From NCBI GenBank assembly GCA_977018835.1, contig OZ361258.1:1302001-1366000 (forward strand): 64,000 nt of DNA, written 5' to 3'. This document shows, one piece after another, positions 11,465 through 22,454 of this stretch. This DNA is from Minutocellus sp. GHC0000111. Lineage: Eukaryota. A program made the translations under genes and the position numbers. Position 1 is the stretch's first letter, and each line of letters begins with the position of its first letter. Under the pieces are notes generated by a model that saw only the letters and a list, made by a program, of their open reading frames with translations, did no database searches and was not told the origin of the DNA.

Positions 11465-12464
11465 CTTGCTTGAGTATATCTACGAGTTCGTTCAGGATTC
11501 AAAAGCTTCATATCTATTTCCATGTAGTGTGGAGTGCGGTCAAAAAAGTGAAACATCGATAACAATGGCAAGATGCAGCACGTAAGTACAATGTGAGTTG
11601 TTGGAAAATAAAGAATGCATCGTATATCTTCGCGAGGACACAGATCAGCACGCGGTGCGAGAATCCTACGTCGAGTCACGGATATGCAATTGCATGGCGA
11701 GCCTGAACCGACAAAAATATCAGGAAATGAAAGTAGGTATTCGAAATAAAGCTGGTCGTCACCAGTAGCTTCCGCACACGCCGCGGTAATATCAATCAAA
11801 ATACCATGCACTTACATTGCCATACTACGTAGTATTGCTAATACTTTTTCAAGTCGTCGGTGGGATCCGAGTTTCGTCCGAGCCGAGTGAGTCTCGTCCG
11901 ATGGCGATGGAAACTGAAAAACTGAAACTGTTGGTTGCTTTGAACGTCATTTTGAAACGTCATTTTGTCATATTACAAGTAACCACGACTCAGATTTTTC
12001 GCTTTGAAGAGCTCGCGTTCTTAATCTCACGGAAACAGGATTTCTTCGAGGTCTCAAGTCTGCAAAATAATTTTTCTCTGGTAATCAAGGTCATTTCTGC
12101 TGACTCATTTTACTTTTGACTCGCTCGACTCTACTCTGTTCAGGGATCGCTTCAACGGAAACGGATCGCTTATGACTAATTCTAGCTGTGACGGAGTCTC
12201 GGCTCCGGCATCCGGGTTACCTTGACCAAGGTTTGCAGGCACCTGCCAAAGATCCCAGCTCAAGGCAGGCTAAAATCTAAGCAAGCTGTGACAACAGAGA
12301 AGAAACTGAATGTCGCAAGTGGACGTCCTAAATGGACGTCCACATGTGACAAACAGGCCTTCCTGCTTTGAGCCTCAATCCCACTTGGGCGAACGAAACA
12401 CATCGATCGCGGCTGCAATCAACATGTGGTCGACCAAGCCACAGTCAGACCACCCTCTCCTCTG

Positions 12465-13320
12465 CTAAAAGTAAAAGCAATCAACAACCTTCGCACTAGT
12501 GCACCTGTTCGCTGTCCTCTTTTGTTTTTGGCGGCCCACAATGCGAGATGCCGAAACAACCTCCTCATGGTTTTGCACTCCGAGCTGACCGATCGACGAT
12601 CCAATGGACCCCAAGACTCTGCTGCCCGTGTCTTCTTGCAAGGAGGACACAAGCTCGTCGGACGCGACGAGAAAAAGGTGATGGAGAAAAACATCTGCAA
12701 CAATTTCCTGTTTCCTGGGATGATGTTTGGGTGTCAGACTGTTGTGCTCGTCGAAGCATTGTTCGACGAGGACGAAGCAGCGACGCGTCCCCGTCGTCCA
12801 ATCGCTTCGTTGCTTTGACATGGCGCGACGGGGGGCGTCGTCGTCGCGGCGAACAGGGCCATTTAGAGGAGTTTCACTTGCTTGCATCTCTTGATGAGCA
12901 GATCTGCGCGGATTGAATTGGTTCAGGACTCTCAGGGCCTGCATGCAGTGTCAAGTGCGGCAGCAAAAACAGAAATCGATTACGTGGGCAAACAAATGGA
13001 AAGATCCAGTGTGCATGCAGTGAGAGCAAAAAGAATGCAGCACCACAATTGTTCACGAGGGCACGGATCAGCAAGTGGCTTTTTTTCGTCGAGTCACGGA
13101 GAGATGCAATTGCATGGCGATCCTGCCTGAACCAACAAAAATAAATCAGGAAGTGGGAAAGCAAGAGAGGAAAATGCTGCGCAGAAAGCGATGGCACGCA
13201 GTTTTCCATGAGCTCCCCAGGCGCTGCTGCTGGTGACAATCTTCACTTACATGGTGGTTGTTGCTTTTTCAAGTCGGTGGATCATCGGCAAGCCCTCCGT
13301 TCTTCGTCCGATGCGATGGC
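12465..13320 (-). pseudogene. Degenerate tandem duplicate of the DUF6824-like gene 5' part and its upstream region (copy of ~11280-11910)
   Basis: MQASETPLNGPV..SKQRSDWTTGTRRCFVLVEQCFDEH..HHPRKQEI aligns with MQASKTPLNGPV..SKQRSDWTTGTRRYFVLVEQYFDEY..HHPRKREI. Upstream blocks are shared (tcgagtcacgga, atgcaattgcatggcga). Similarity is lost or frameshifted after ~12690. Confidence 0.85.
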
Positions 13321-13742
13321 GCGCGTGATGGCGTGTGCATCGCAAGGATAAAAATGAGACGGCTGAACGCGGGGGGTCGCGAGGTTTGAGACTTTTTCCT
13401 GACATTACCACAGCGTTTTCGCCGAGCTCTCCATGACGTGGTCCAAAATTGGTGGTAACACTAGTATGAGTTTCTGCCACGTCAGTTCGGGTTGTTCAGG
13501 TTCAAGGATCAGGGCAAAATAGTCGAGCGAGTCGAATAGTAAGCACAAAAAGCGCTTGACCGTTGCTTTTTCATCTGTTGTTGGCGATGCATGCGCCGAG
13601 CCGAACGCAATCATACGAAAGGTACTGACTACTACAATTGTACGTAGCTAGAAAAGGTACAAAGCATGCATGGCATTGCCAAAGCAAAAAGGGCAAGGTG
13701 AAAGTCAAAAGTAGTTTGTAGATTTAGCACCCACCCAATTTC

Positions 13743-16613
13743 ATGTATCTCTCCGATGGTGAGAACGAGGCGCCGCCGCCACCGCTTCCGGACCCATCCG
13801 GCGGCAGCCTGCGAACCAACAGCCGCGTCGGCGGGGGCAAATCGCCCCTCCTCCTCAAGCTCAAGAAGGGCGCCATCGGCAACAGCAGCGCCAGCACTCT
13901 CAGCAGCAGCCGGGGCCGGTCGGCCATGAAGTCCCCTCCAACCACGTCCACTCCCACCTCGGCCACGCAGAGGGCGGCCGCCCGCAAGGCCAGCGGCACC
14001 CGCCGCCGCAGCTCGAGCCGCACCCGTTCGGCGAGCGTCGATCCCAGCGGCAGGATCGCCACGGCGTCGTACGTTCGCCAAAGTGCCACCGCCGCTGCCG
14101 CTGCGTCTTCTAGCGCAATTAGTGCCAGTAGTGTCAGTAAGAACAAGAGCAGCAGGCGCACGTCGTCTTCCTCTGCCGGTATCCGGGCATCCTCCTCGCG
14201 GAGCATTGGCAGCAACGGCAGCGGCAGCACGTCGTCGGTGCGTTCCAGGTCTTCGTCGAGGTCCAAGACGAGATCGTCGTCGTCTCCTGCTGCTGCGCCA
14301 CCGGCACATCCATCGGCATCGGCCCGAAAGAGCGAACTGACCAATGACGTCGCTTCTACATCGAGAGGGAGCGATCCACCGGGTCCCATGGCCGCCGTCA
14401 CCCGACGACCCGGCGGGAGCAGGAGGGGCCCGTCGGCCTCGGCGTCGCCGGGCAAGGAAAGGATCAAGAAGCGGGCCGAGCGGGAAAGGCAGAGGCAGCG
14501 GCTCTCCCTCGAGGAGCGGCAGATCGTCGAGGCCGTCCAGCAGCAGAGGGTGGTGGCTGCCGTCGCCGCGTCGCTTCTGGGCACTCCGCCTCGTGCTGCG
14601 ACTGCAAGTGCAAATGCCGGTGCCAGTGCTACTCCCGGCAGTACTACTTCATCGGCACCCAAGTACGTCAATCAGTCCCCCGAATTGGCCAGGAAGCCAC
14701 CAACCACGGAGGGATCGTCGCCCGTGGTCAATGACAAGAAGACCCCCTCGCCTGTTCCCAGGTATGTGAATCAGTCTCCCGAACTGGCCAGGAGGGAGGG
14801 GTCGTCGTCGCCCGTTGCTCCGGCTGGAGAGAGGAAACCCATCGATATCGATGCGGCCGGTCACTCTCCTTCTCAATCTTTGGTCATTGGTGGCAACGAC
14901 GTAAAGGCTGAGGATGAGGTCTGCACTACAAAAACCAATACCAATGATGCTATCGGGGCTCCTAAAAAAGACGACGATGATAACATCGAAGCCACTGACA
15001 CTGGGAGGGACGATGATCAAATCGCTCGCAGCATTGAGGCGTCTCCGCGAATGGAGGAGCCCAACGACGCCATCCCACCGGCCCTCTCGAGTATGGTCGA
15101 AGAGAAGACTCCGGAGGAGGAGGCTCCGGAAGAGGCAGTTGAGAAACATGAGACGGTCAAAGGCGCCGGAGTGGGTGAAATCACTGAGGAAGTGCCCATC
15201 GATGACAAGGAGGATGGTGGTGGTGATATTATGAATGGTGTTCCTACCCAAGCCATCGATAACGATGACGATCTGGATACTCCCGAGGAGAAGGACAACA
15301 CACCTGCCGATGATAAAATTGGGCATAATGTTGATGATGATAATGATCACCAAGATGACGAATCAGCTGCTGGTATTGAGGATTCGATCGCTGCGGCCCT
15401 GTCGCTGCTCAATGCGCCGGCGTCCATTGGAAGTGATGTGGTCAAGAGCAAATCATTCGACGATGCCGATGAAGGTACCACCGAGGAAGTTGTCGCCACT
15501 GCCGATAACGGTGCTGCCCCCGTGGAGCTGGAAAATGGGTGGACTGGCACCGTTACTCTTCAGGCATCCCCTACAGACAATGAGAATAACGATGCTACGT
15601 TGCCTTCGGCTGTTACTGAATCTGAGAACGAGGGAAAAGATATCAAGAGCAAAGCTGTAGACGAAGCTATAGGTACCAATACTGAAGACATTGAGGGCAC
15701 GATAACGATGCCCACCGAAGAAACGTTTGACGATGACGTCAAGATTACCAACATCGAAGGAGCGGTGGACAGTAATCAAGAGAAGGTGGAGTCGAATGAT
15801 GATAATGATGAAGGAGAGAAGCAATCGGATTCTTCAGAGAATAGTTCATTTGATTTGCCTTCGGATTCCGTTGATGAATCGGTTCCTGAGCCTACGTCGA
15901 GTGCTGGCATGAAAAGAAAGGATGGAGCGTTGGAGAATGGAGATATTATTGCAACACCGCGGAAGAAGATGAGCGGATTGCGAATTGATGTTAGCGATAG
16001 CGCCAATAACGGCATGGCACAGCATCCCGATTCCAACGTCTCGGCTTTGGCATCTCCCAGCGCCAGTGAATTGATTGAGCACTTTGAAGCCAAAAGCCCG
16101 AAGGCTGGATCCCATGGATTTGTACCACCATCGCCGAGAAGTGCGGCAAACAAAGGCGTGCAGGGTGCCTTGTCTCCCTCGCGTGAGCCATTCCGTTTTG
16201 GAGCACCTCCGTCCAAGCCAGTACCGGCCAACCAACTTGTCGTCAAGACGCCACCTCGCCATCCACCCTCGAGGGGGGGCAATCCTGGATCCCATGCCAC
16301 CTATGACTATCCGCAGCGTGTCCAGTCGCCCAAGTGGGCCAACTCGTTGTCGCAGAGCATTGCCAAGGGTGTATGTGAGACTCAGCAATCACCGCGGAGC
16401 AACAATGAAAGCAGCGGTGATACCGAACGCATTCTATTGGAAATGAAGAAGATGGAATTGCGCATCGAGGCCCGCATTCTCCACATGGAGCAGCATCTAG
16501 AGAAGCAGATGAGGTCAAAGTTCAAATATCTTGAGGCCCGAATGGACGAGAGGATGGATGAGATCCAGGCCTCCCTTCAGGTCCTCCTGGCCAGGGACAT
16601 TACCGAGATTTGA
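13743..16613 (+). CDS. Large low-complexity protein (S/R-rich N-terminus, acidic middle, C-terminal coiled coil)
   Basis: 956-aa ORF; duplicated motif P(K/R)YVNQSPELAR; heptad pattern at the C-terminus. Confidence 0.75.
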   Translation: MYLSDGENEAPPPPLPDPSGGSLRTNSRVGGGKSPLLLKLKKGAIGNSSASTLSSSRGRSAMKSPPTTSTPTSATQRAAARKASGTRRRSSSRTRSASVDPSGRIATASYVRQSATAAAAASSSAISASSVSKNKSSRRTSSSSAGIRASSSRSIGSNGSGSTSSVRSRSSSRSKTRSSSSPAAAPPAHPSASARKSELTNDVASTSRGSDPPGPMAAVTRRPGGSRRGPSASASPGKERIKKRAERERQRQRLSLEERQIVEAVQQQRVVAAVAASLLGTPPRAATASANAGASATPGSTTSSAPKYVNQSPELARKPPTTEGSSPVVNDKKTPSPVPRYVNQSPELARREGSSSPVAPAGERKPIDIDAAGHSPSQSLVIGGNDVKAEDEVCTTKTNTNDAIGAPKKDDDDNIEATDTGRDDDQIARSIEASPRMEEPNDAIPPALSSMVEEKTPEEEAPEEAVEKHETVKGAGVGEITEEVPIDDKEDGGGDIMNGVPTQAIDNDDDLDTPEEKDNTPADDKIGHNVDDDNDHQDDESAAGIEDSIAAALSLLNAPASIGSDVVKSKSFDDADEGTTEEVVATADNGAAPVELENGWTGTVTLQASPTDNENNDATLPSAVTESENEGKDIKSKAVDEAIGTNTEDIEGTITMPTEETFDDDVKITNIEGAVDSNQEKVESNDDNDEGEKQSDSSENSSFDLPSDSVDESVPEPTSSAGMKRKDGALENGDIIATPRKKMSGLRIDVSDSANNGMAQHPDSNVSALASPSASELIEHFEAKSPKAGSHGFVPPSPRSAANKGVQGALSPSREPFRFGAPPSKPVPANQLVVKTPPRHPPSRGGNPGSHATYDYPQRVQSPKWANSLSQSIAKGVCETQQSPRSNNESSGDTERILLEMKKMELRIEARILHMEQHLEKQMRSKFKYLEARMDERMDEIQASLQVLLARDITEI

Positions 16614-16896
16614 GGCATCCTTACAACCCTCCTCTGCATCATGTGTATATTGCATGATTGAGATGAGACTTACCAAATGGTAGCTGATAATTAGTGAGTG
16701 CATTTATTAGAGAGAGCAGCGTGATTTCTCCTCAGTCTGACTGGAGCAGCGACTTTTGCTCCGCAGGAAACACCCGGAGCAACCATACCGAGCCGAACAA
16801 CCCATCTCACTTCCCGAACATTGCGAGGGCAACAACAACAACCAACGGTTCGAGCATTGCAGGGAGCGGGCAAAACTCACCACGCCGTCCCCCAAA

Positions 16897-18063
16897 ATGA
16901 TTGGCTACATCGTTGGTCAGGTTCTTGCCCTGCTGTACATGTCCTTATTTTATGTGGCATGGATAACGTCCTCACTTGCGCGGCCGGTATCACAAATTGC
17001 GCTCCTCTTCTGCCTGGCTCAACCGTCGAAGACACTGTACAAGTTGCGGCTCTTTGCTCTGACCTTTCTCTACCTGATATGCTGCAACGATAAGACGTGG
17101 AAGAAGTCGAAAGAATGCCCTTCGTCGTACTTTGCAAATGTTTCGCCGGACAAGGTGGAGAAGAAGACGGTGATCTTCGTGAGGCATGGAGAGAGCACGT
17201 GGAATGATACCTTCAATAAGGGCGATCGGTCACGGTTATCATTTGCGCTGTTCTTCATTCCGAACCTGGTCTATGCTCTCCTCGTTGAATTTTATTTGTT
17301 CGTTGGTGGTCATAGCGAGGAAAGCTGGTTCTTTGATAGTCCGCTGTCGGACAAGGGCGTGAGGCAGGCCACCGATCTCCGGCGATTCCTGGCCAAGGCA
17401 GAGCACACCACAGCTGCCGAGAAGGAGATCATTGATCTCATGACGGGAGAAAGCAAAGTCGGGGGAAATGATGCGGGGCAAAGCAGTGCTGATAACGATG
17501 CCAAGGCAAGTCCAGCTGCGCAATTATGCAGCAGTAGTCTCAGGAGGGCAATCTCAACCGTCGCCATTGGGTTCCAAGATCGCATGGACAAACAGATGGA
17601 AAAGGATTCCATCCTTATTTTGCCTTGCCTGCAGGAGATCAGTCGCAACCCCGATGCTCTTTCCATTACACCGCCTCGCGGAGAAGTCGTGCCGTCGTGG
17701 ACGGACAAGGATATACCAGGCTTTGGCTACAAGCGCATCTTTCATAATCAGGTGGATACAAAGCTGCACAATGGCAATAAAGCCGTGAATAGCAATGGGC
17801 TGAAGCGCATGAACGAGTTTTGTGCAATTGCGTTCGATCAAATCGAGAAAGACACCATCATTGCAGGGGGGCATTCGTTGTGGTTCCGAAGTTTCTTTCG
17901 GACTTTTTTGCCTCATGACTACGAGCATATTAGCAAAAAGAAGAAGCTCATCAATGGTGGTGTGGCATCCTTTACGTTATGCAAAGTCACCACTGATTCG
18001 GGTGATAAATACTACTACATTGATCCGAAGACTGTGAACGTGGTTCATGGCGGATTTTGGTGA
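16897..18063 (+). CDS. Histidine phosphatase (phosphoglycerate mutase-like) superfamily protein with hydrophobic N-terminus
   Basis: IFVRHGESTWN, DSPLSDKGVRQA, SSSLRRAIST, LQEISRN, GGHSLW. Confidence 0.85.
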   Translation: MIGYIVGQVLALLYMSLFYVAWITSSLARPVSQIALLFCLAQPSKTLYKLRLFALTFLYLICCNDKTWKKSKECPSSYFANVSPDKVEKKTVIFVRHGESTWNDTFNKGDRSRLSFALFFIPNLVYALLVEFYLFVGGHSEESWFFDSPLSDKGVRQATDLRRFLAKAEHTTAAEKEIIDLMTGESKVGGNDAGQSSADNDAKASPAAQLCSSSLRRAISTVAIGFQDRMDKQMEKDSILILPCLQEISRNPDALSITPPRGEVVPSWTDKDIPGFGYKRIFHNQVDTKLHNGNKAVNSNGLKRMNEFCAIAFDQIEKDTIIAGGHSLWFRSFFRTFLPHDYEHISKKKKLINGGVASFTLCKVTTDSGDKYYYIDPKTVNVVHGGFW

Positions 18064-18085
18064 TGTTTTAAAAAGGTATATGTAG

Positions 18086-19096
18086 CTATCCAATTGTTTC
18101 TACCTGAGTATTGTCTTGTAATCTCTTTGCGACGCCATCAACGTGTACCAAGCCAACGACGCATACAATGGCATCTCCAACTCCAGCCATATCCTCGGAC
18201 AATTCGATGACTTTCTTGCAATATCGGGCAAATCTTTCGTCTCTGTCATCGACCAAAGCCTTATTGAGTCCCGCCGACAATTCCTCTCCATGTGTGCGTG
18301 ATGCTCGAGCTGTGGCGATATCTCTCCGTCTCATCGCCCAGTCAACGACCGACTCCCCACGTCTTCGTCGGATTGGATCGACCTCCCGAAGACCAATTGT
18401 TTCTGCCGCAACATTCAAGGCCAATGACATCCAACCCACAAATGACAATGACCGAACAACAGTTCCAATCAGTTCTTCGAGCTCAACGTCACATGGAATG
18501 ACACTTGCGCCTACAGTATCGGCCGCCTCAATAGCCGCGGCAAATTCGTCAGCACGGGGAAGTGTATCCGTCTCTTCCTGTGCAGTGAACGACCGCTTCA
18601 ACAGAGAGCCCCAAATTATTGTAGTAGCAAATAATAGCCCAGCAATGCCACCAGTCGACCATCCCTTCTCTGCCAATGCTGGGAGAGATTTCAATAACAC
18701 ACCGGGATCATTGCTTTTGCTTCTTGGTGTGCTCAGTGATTCAACTTCGTCATTGTTGCTCTCATTATCACGTGCTTTCTTGGCCGCTTCGTTTCGCCTT
18801 CGTATTGTTGCAACACGAGATGTCGCCACTTCCACAACAACTGCTTTCGGCTTTACCGTATCAATCAACAGCCTGGCTTCTTCTGCTGACTCCGATCCAA
18901 TATGGACGGTCCCCAACAGGTACACGTTGGGAAGTGGACGAATGAGCAGGCCTTTATCGGATGCAGCCTGTAGCTTTGGCGGCAGTACAAGCTGAGCATG
19001 TGGGGATGGCGTTGTGGATGAGGAGAAGGCGTCTCACAAATGAAGGAGAGACGAAATGATGAGGAGGATACCAACAAAGTGCGTCCTGCACGTCAT
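18086..19096 (-). CDS. TraB/PrgY/GumN family protein, probably plastid-targeted; in-frame TGA at 19034-19036
   Basis: VYLLGTVHIG..KPKAVVVEV..R, LVDDRDERFA, VCVVGLVHVDGV. The in-frame upstream sequence MTCRTHFVGILLIISSLLHL*DAF resembles a signal peptide. Confidence 0.8.
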
Positions 19097-19284
19097 TATT
19101 CAAGAGTCGAGTCGATACCCCCTACAGCAACAGATGCGACCTACGTAGCTAGCCTATCCTTTTTGTAGTTTTCATACAGCGGTTGCACTCGTTCATCGCG
19201 AGTTGCTCCGCTCTGACCTGGCCGTGTGCTGGAAATTTGGATGAATTTCGGGTCGTTGCTGGCTCTGCAGCAGCAGCAGCTCTC

Positions 19285-19457
19285 AACTGATTTTCGATGA
19301 GGATTTTCGTTTTCCCCTTTTTCCTTGTGTGTAAAGAGACGAGAGCAACGAGATTTTCCCCTGTACATTCTACCCCCTTTTCGAAATCCGGGACGTATCC
19401 CCCAGAAGTAGAATGAACTGACTTTCGATGAGGATTTTCGTTTCCCCTTTTTCCTTT
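19285..19457. repeat. Imperfect ~42-bp direct repeat (19285-19326 and 19416-19457)
   Basis: aactga(t/c)tttcgatgaggattttcgttt(t)ccccttttt cctt occurs twice. Confidence 0.85.
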
Positions 19458-19859
19458 GGTGTGGTGGTGGTGTCGTCCCGCTAAGCATAGCTTAAATCTA
19501 TCTATCATAATGAAAAGTTAGAACCAAATCCAATTGGATAGGTAGCTGCATTTGCATCAGTAAGAACGAATATTAATGCTAAGAGGTCCTAAAACTAAGC
19601 TAGATAGACATAGCTAGTAGAGGTTAACAGGACCTATGTAGATGAAAAATGGGCCATTGGAGATGTCGTTGGCCCATGGATCAACGGTCAGGAGAGGGCA
19701 CTGAGTCAGTGGTCTGATCACCGTACGTACCGTACGTATGTATACGTACGTACGTATCCCACGGTATCAACAATTAATAACATAAAAAACAAGATCGCAA
19801 TTGTAAACTTTGTAGGGTAAGATTGAGTGAGGGTGAGGTGGGGATCAGCATTTGTAGAT

Positions 19860-20453
19860 CTACTCGAGGTCACGGTCTCTCCAAGCGTTGGGATTGTTGG
19901 CCGGTACGAAGCCTTCGAAGGTAGCTGCCAGATTAAGTCTGGCTGATTGGCTCCTGGTAGTTCTTCGCGGTGCGGGTACTTCTGTGTCGTCTTCGACCGT
20001 TGCTATTACTGATGCTACTGTAGCATTAGTAAGAGCATTGATCATGGGGGACATGGTAGCACGCTCGGTACTCTGAGTCGAACGGGGAGACAATTCGTTG
20101 ACGGCTACTTCTATGTCATCGGCAGTAAACGGCTCTGTGATGACGGTGGTATCGTTGGTAGTAATGAGGGAACATTGGGCATATGTTTGACCATGGCGGA
20201 ATTCACAACTGTTGCAGAAGGGAGGTCGGCTGAGAGGGGAGAGGCACGGCGGGCCGAGGCAATCTACGCATCGACAGTTCCCGCAGATTGCAGGGCCCTG
20301 ATCGTTGCTCGGTGTCGATGGCTCGACAGCGACGACGGTTCGAGATCGTCTCGGTGGAATCTGCCCTGGTATCGTTGGCTTGAATGTAGTATATGAGCCA
20401 GGATCGAGTCCAAGATGCTTCTCCATTATTGATGGCCAGGCCTCTGATTGCAC
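19860..20453 (-). CDS. Possible hypothetical protein or fragment with a Cys/His cluster
   Basis: CGNCRCVDC..C..FCNSCEFRH..QC; no ATG at the ORF start. Confidence 0.3.
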   Translation of the reverse strand: MQSEAWPSIMEKHLGLDPGSYTTFKPTIPGQIPPRRSRTVVAVEPSTPSNDQGPAICGNCRCVDCLGPPCLSPLSRPPFCNSCEFRHGQTYAQCSLITTNDTTVITEPFTADDIEVAVNELSPRSTQSTERATMSPMINALTNATVASVIATVEDDTEVPAPRRTTRSQSARLNLAATFEGFVPANNPNAWRDRDLE

Positions 20454-20625
20454 TAATTGGAATAGCGGGTAGATTCGAGGGGTGACGGTGATGGTGCCAG
20501 CTCGTTTGATGTTCCTTTGGTCTGTTCGTCGTTAGTAGTGAGATTTGACCGTTGGTCTTTGTAGCAACGATCACCTAACTCCTACATGTACTAGCTAGCG
20601 GCATTATTTGCTGATAATATGAAAA

Positions 20626-22038
20626 TTAATAGTATGCCACCGATTCCATTTCAATGAGATTCTTTCTCCACGGCTTGCCTCCCGGTTCCGCCTTGGCAAA
20701 TCGCTCGGGGGCAGGATTGCGATCGGCACAAATTAGTGTCTCGTCATCAAATGCCAGTCCAAGGAAGGCATCGTAGGCACTCAGCAATCGTTCTCGGACA
20801 GGAGCAGCGGCATGCATCAACTCCTTTTGCTGTCGTCGATATTCCTCCCTTCCTTCGGGAGTTTCCACCGGCACGACGCCCAAACCATACGAACGAACAT
20901 CGTATGGACTCGCTTCGATGTCCAAACGTCGAGCACGGAGAGAAATCTCCAACGTGTCGGCCACCAACGATGCATCGACGAATGGCTGGAGGCGGGTGCT
21001 AATCTTCAGTAGATCCATGTGAGCATGCACACACCCTTTCTGTTCCAGACGCAGTTGATCCGTACGCTCCAGCTGTGAGCCATGATGATTCAAAGGTGCC
21101 GCGGCGGGGGCAAAGAATCGCAGAGCGTCCACGTGAGTACAATGGATGCCGCGTCGTTCCACCGCTTCGTTGATCACCTCTCTCGACACACGGAGTGGCA
21201 TGTGAGATTGATACTTTCCAGATGGAGGAGGGTCCGCACCAGGAGGGTGATATTGCATGGCCCACTCATGCAGACCATGGCAATGAAATATCGGCTCGGA
21301 ATTCAGAGTCTTGGTGAGAATGGCACGATACCATTGGAAAGGCGCCGCGCTCTTCATTTTGCTCTTGGAAGATTCGCCGGCAGTATGTTCGCCATCCTCG
21401 TCATCATATCGATTGTAAAACAGTGATGGACTGTATACGGCACCACTGCCATCGGCGAGAGGCACTGCACCCTTGAGATGCAGCGTGCCAACAAAATCGT
21501 CCTCTGTGGCTCCCTCCAACAAGATCCCCGCGTCCAACTTGGGGCTATCATTGCCACTGGCAGCAGGATAGTTGATCTCCCTCTCTTCCATCCGCATTCC
21601 CGATGCGCCAAGCTCGTCCTCGTTGCAGAGCAGCAGCGACGGATCTGGAGACCACCGTGCAAGCCGCCGCGGCCCTTTCACGCCCTTCAGCCCGTAGTAC
21701 TCGATTAGGAAATTGTACACGGGGTTCTCCGGGTCCAGAGCCGTCCACGAACCACCCTTGGGATTGGCTCGACGCAGCTGTCTCCGTATGCCAGAGTTTA
21801 GCTGGTGGTCAATGTCGGTCATGCCCGGTGCCAGGAGGCTCCGCACCCGATCGGTATGCTCCGCTGCCTGTTGTCTCCACTGATCTTCGGGCACCGTCAC
21901 CACCTGCATCCGTCGGGCGGCGCAGGTGCGAGAAGCTGAGAGGGCCCTCGCCGACATCATGTTTGGTGAAGCAAGGGCGATGGATACGGCGGTGATGGCT
22001 CTGTAACTTTGTATCCGTGGGGTACTTCTTTCCGTCAT
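20626..22038 (-). CDS. Conserved protein of a mainly bacterial family (actinobacterial members often annotated '3-methyladenine DNA glycosylase')
   Basis: PVYNFLIEYY, CHGLHEWAMQY, PLRV, CTHVDALRFF, LEQKGCVHAHMDLLK, LDIEASPYD, VETPEGREEY. Confidence 0.75.
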   Translation of the reverse strand: MTERSTPRIQSYRAITAVSIALASPNMMSARALSASRTCAARRMQVVTVPEDQWRQQAAEHTDRVRSLLAPGMTDIDHQLNSGIRRQLRRANPKGGSWTALDPENPVYNFLIEYYGLKGVKGPRRLARWSPDPSLLLCNEDELGASGMRMEEREINYPAASGNDSPKLDAGILLEGATEDDFVGTLHLKGAVPLADGSGAVYSPSLFYNRYDDEDGEHTAGESSKSKMKSAAPFQWYRAILTKTLNSEPIFHCHGLHEWAMQYHPPGADPPPSGKYQSHMPLRVSREVINEAVERRGIHCTHVDALRFFAPAAAPLNHHGSQLERTDQLRLEQKGCVHAHMDLLKISTRLQPFVDASLVADTLEISLRARRLDIEASPYDVRSYGLGVVPVETPEGREEYRRQQKELMHAAAPVRERLLSAYDAFLGLAFDDETLICADRNPAPERFAKAEPGGKPWRKNLIEMESVAYY

Positions 22039-22454
22039 CTTCGTCAGATGAGCTGGTTTGTTTGGTTGTGTGTTGTGTGGTGGTGCGGTGATAGATAGCA
22101 TGGGCGCAAGGCGCAAGACGAACTCGTACGTAGCATTTACGTACGTACGTCGGGAAAAAATGACATTTCCCGCGGGTTTCCACGAAGAACAGAAATCAGA
22201 AACGAAACTTCAACGTGATTCCTGAACAGGAGTGAGGGCTTATGATCAGGGATATGCGAGTTTCGTACACACTTTCCTACACCATTGCCACTTGAACCTT
22301 GACATTCTGCCTGGCTGGCTGCACCGCATGGCGGCGAGAAAAATGCTTGAATTGCTTACAATTTGTAGAGAATCGATCCCTTATCCCATCTTGCATTCTC
22401 GAACCAATACTTTCCCCACGCTTCCATTCAATCAACCAAAGACCCACGAGACCA

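Noticed and set aside
13632..14671. Long antisense ORFs overlapping genes (here and throughout the window)
   Set aside because: Expected shadows of GC-rich, low-complexity coding sequence; they carry no motifs.
19034..19036. Stop-codon reassignment or selenocysteine (TGA here, TAG at 46858)
   Set aside because: Other genes terminate normally at TGA and TAG, and both sites are in non-catalytic regions.
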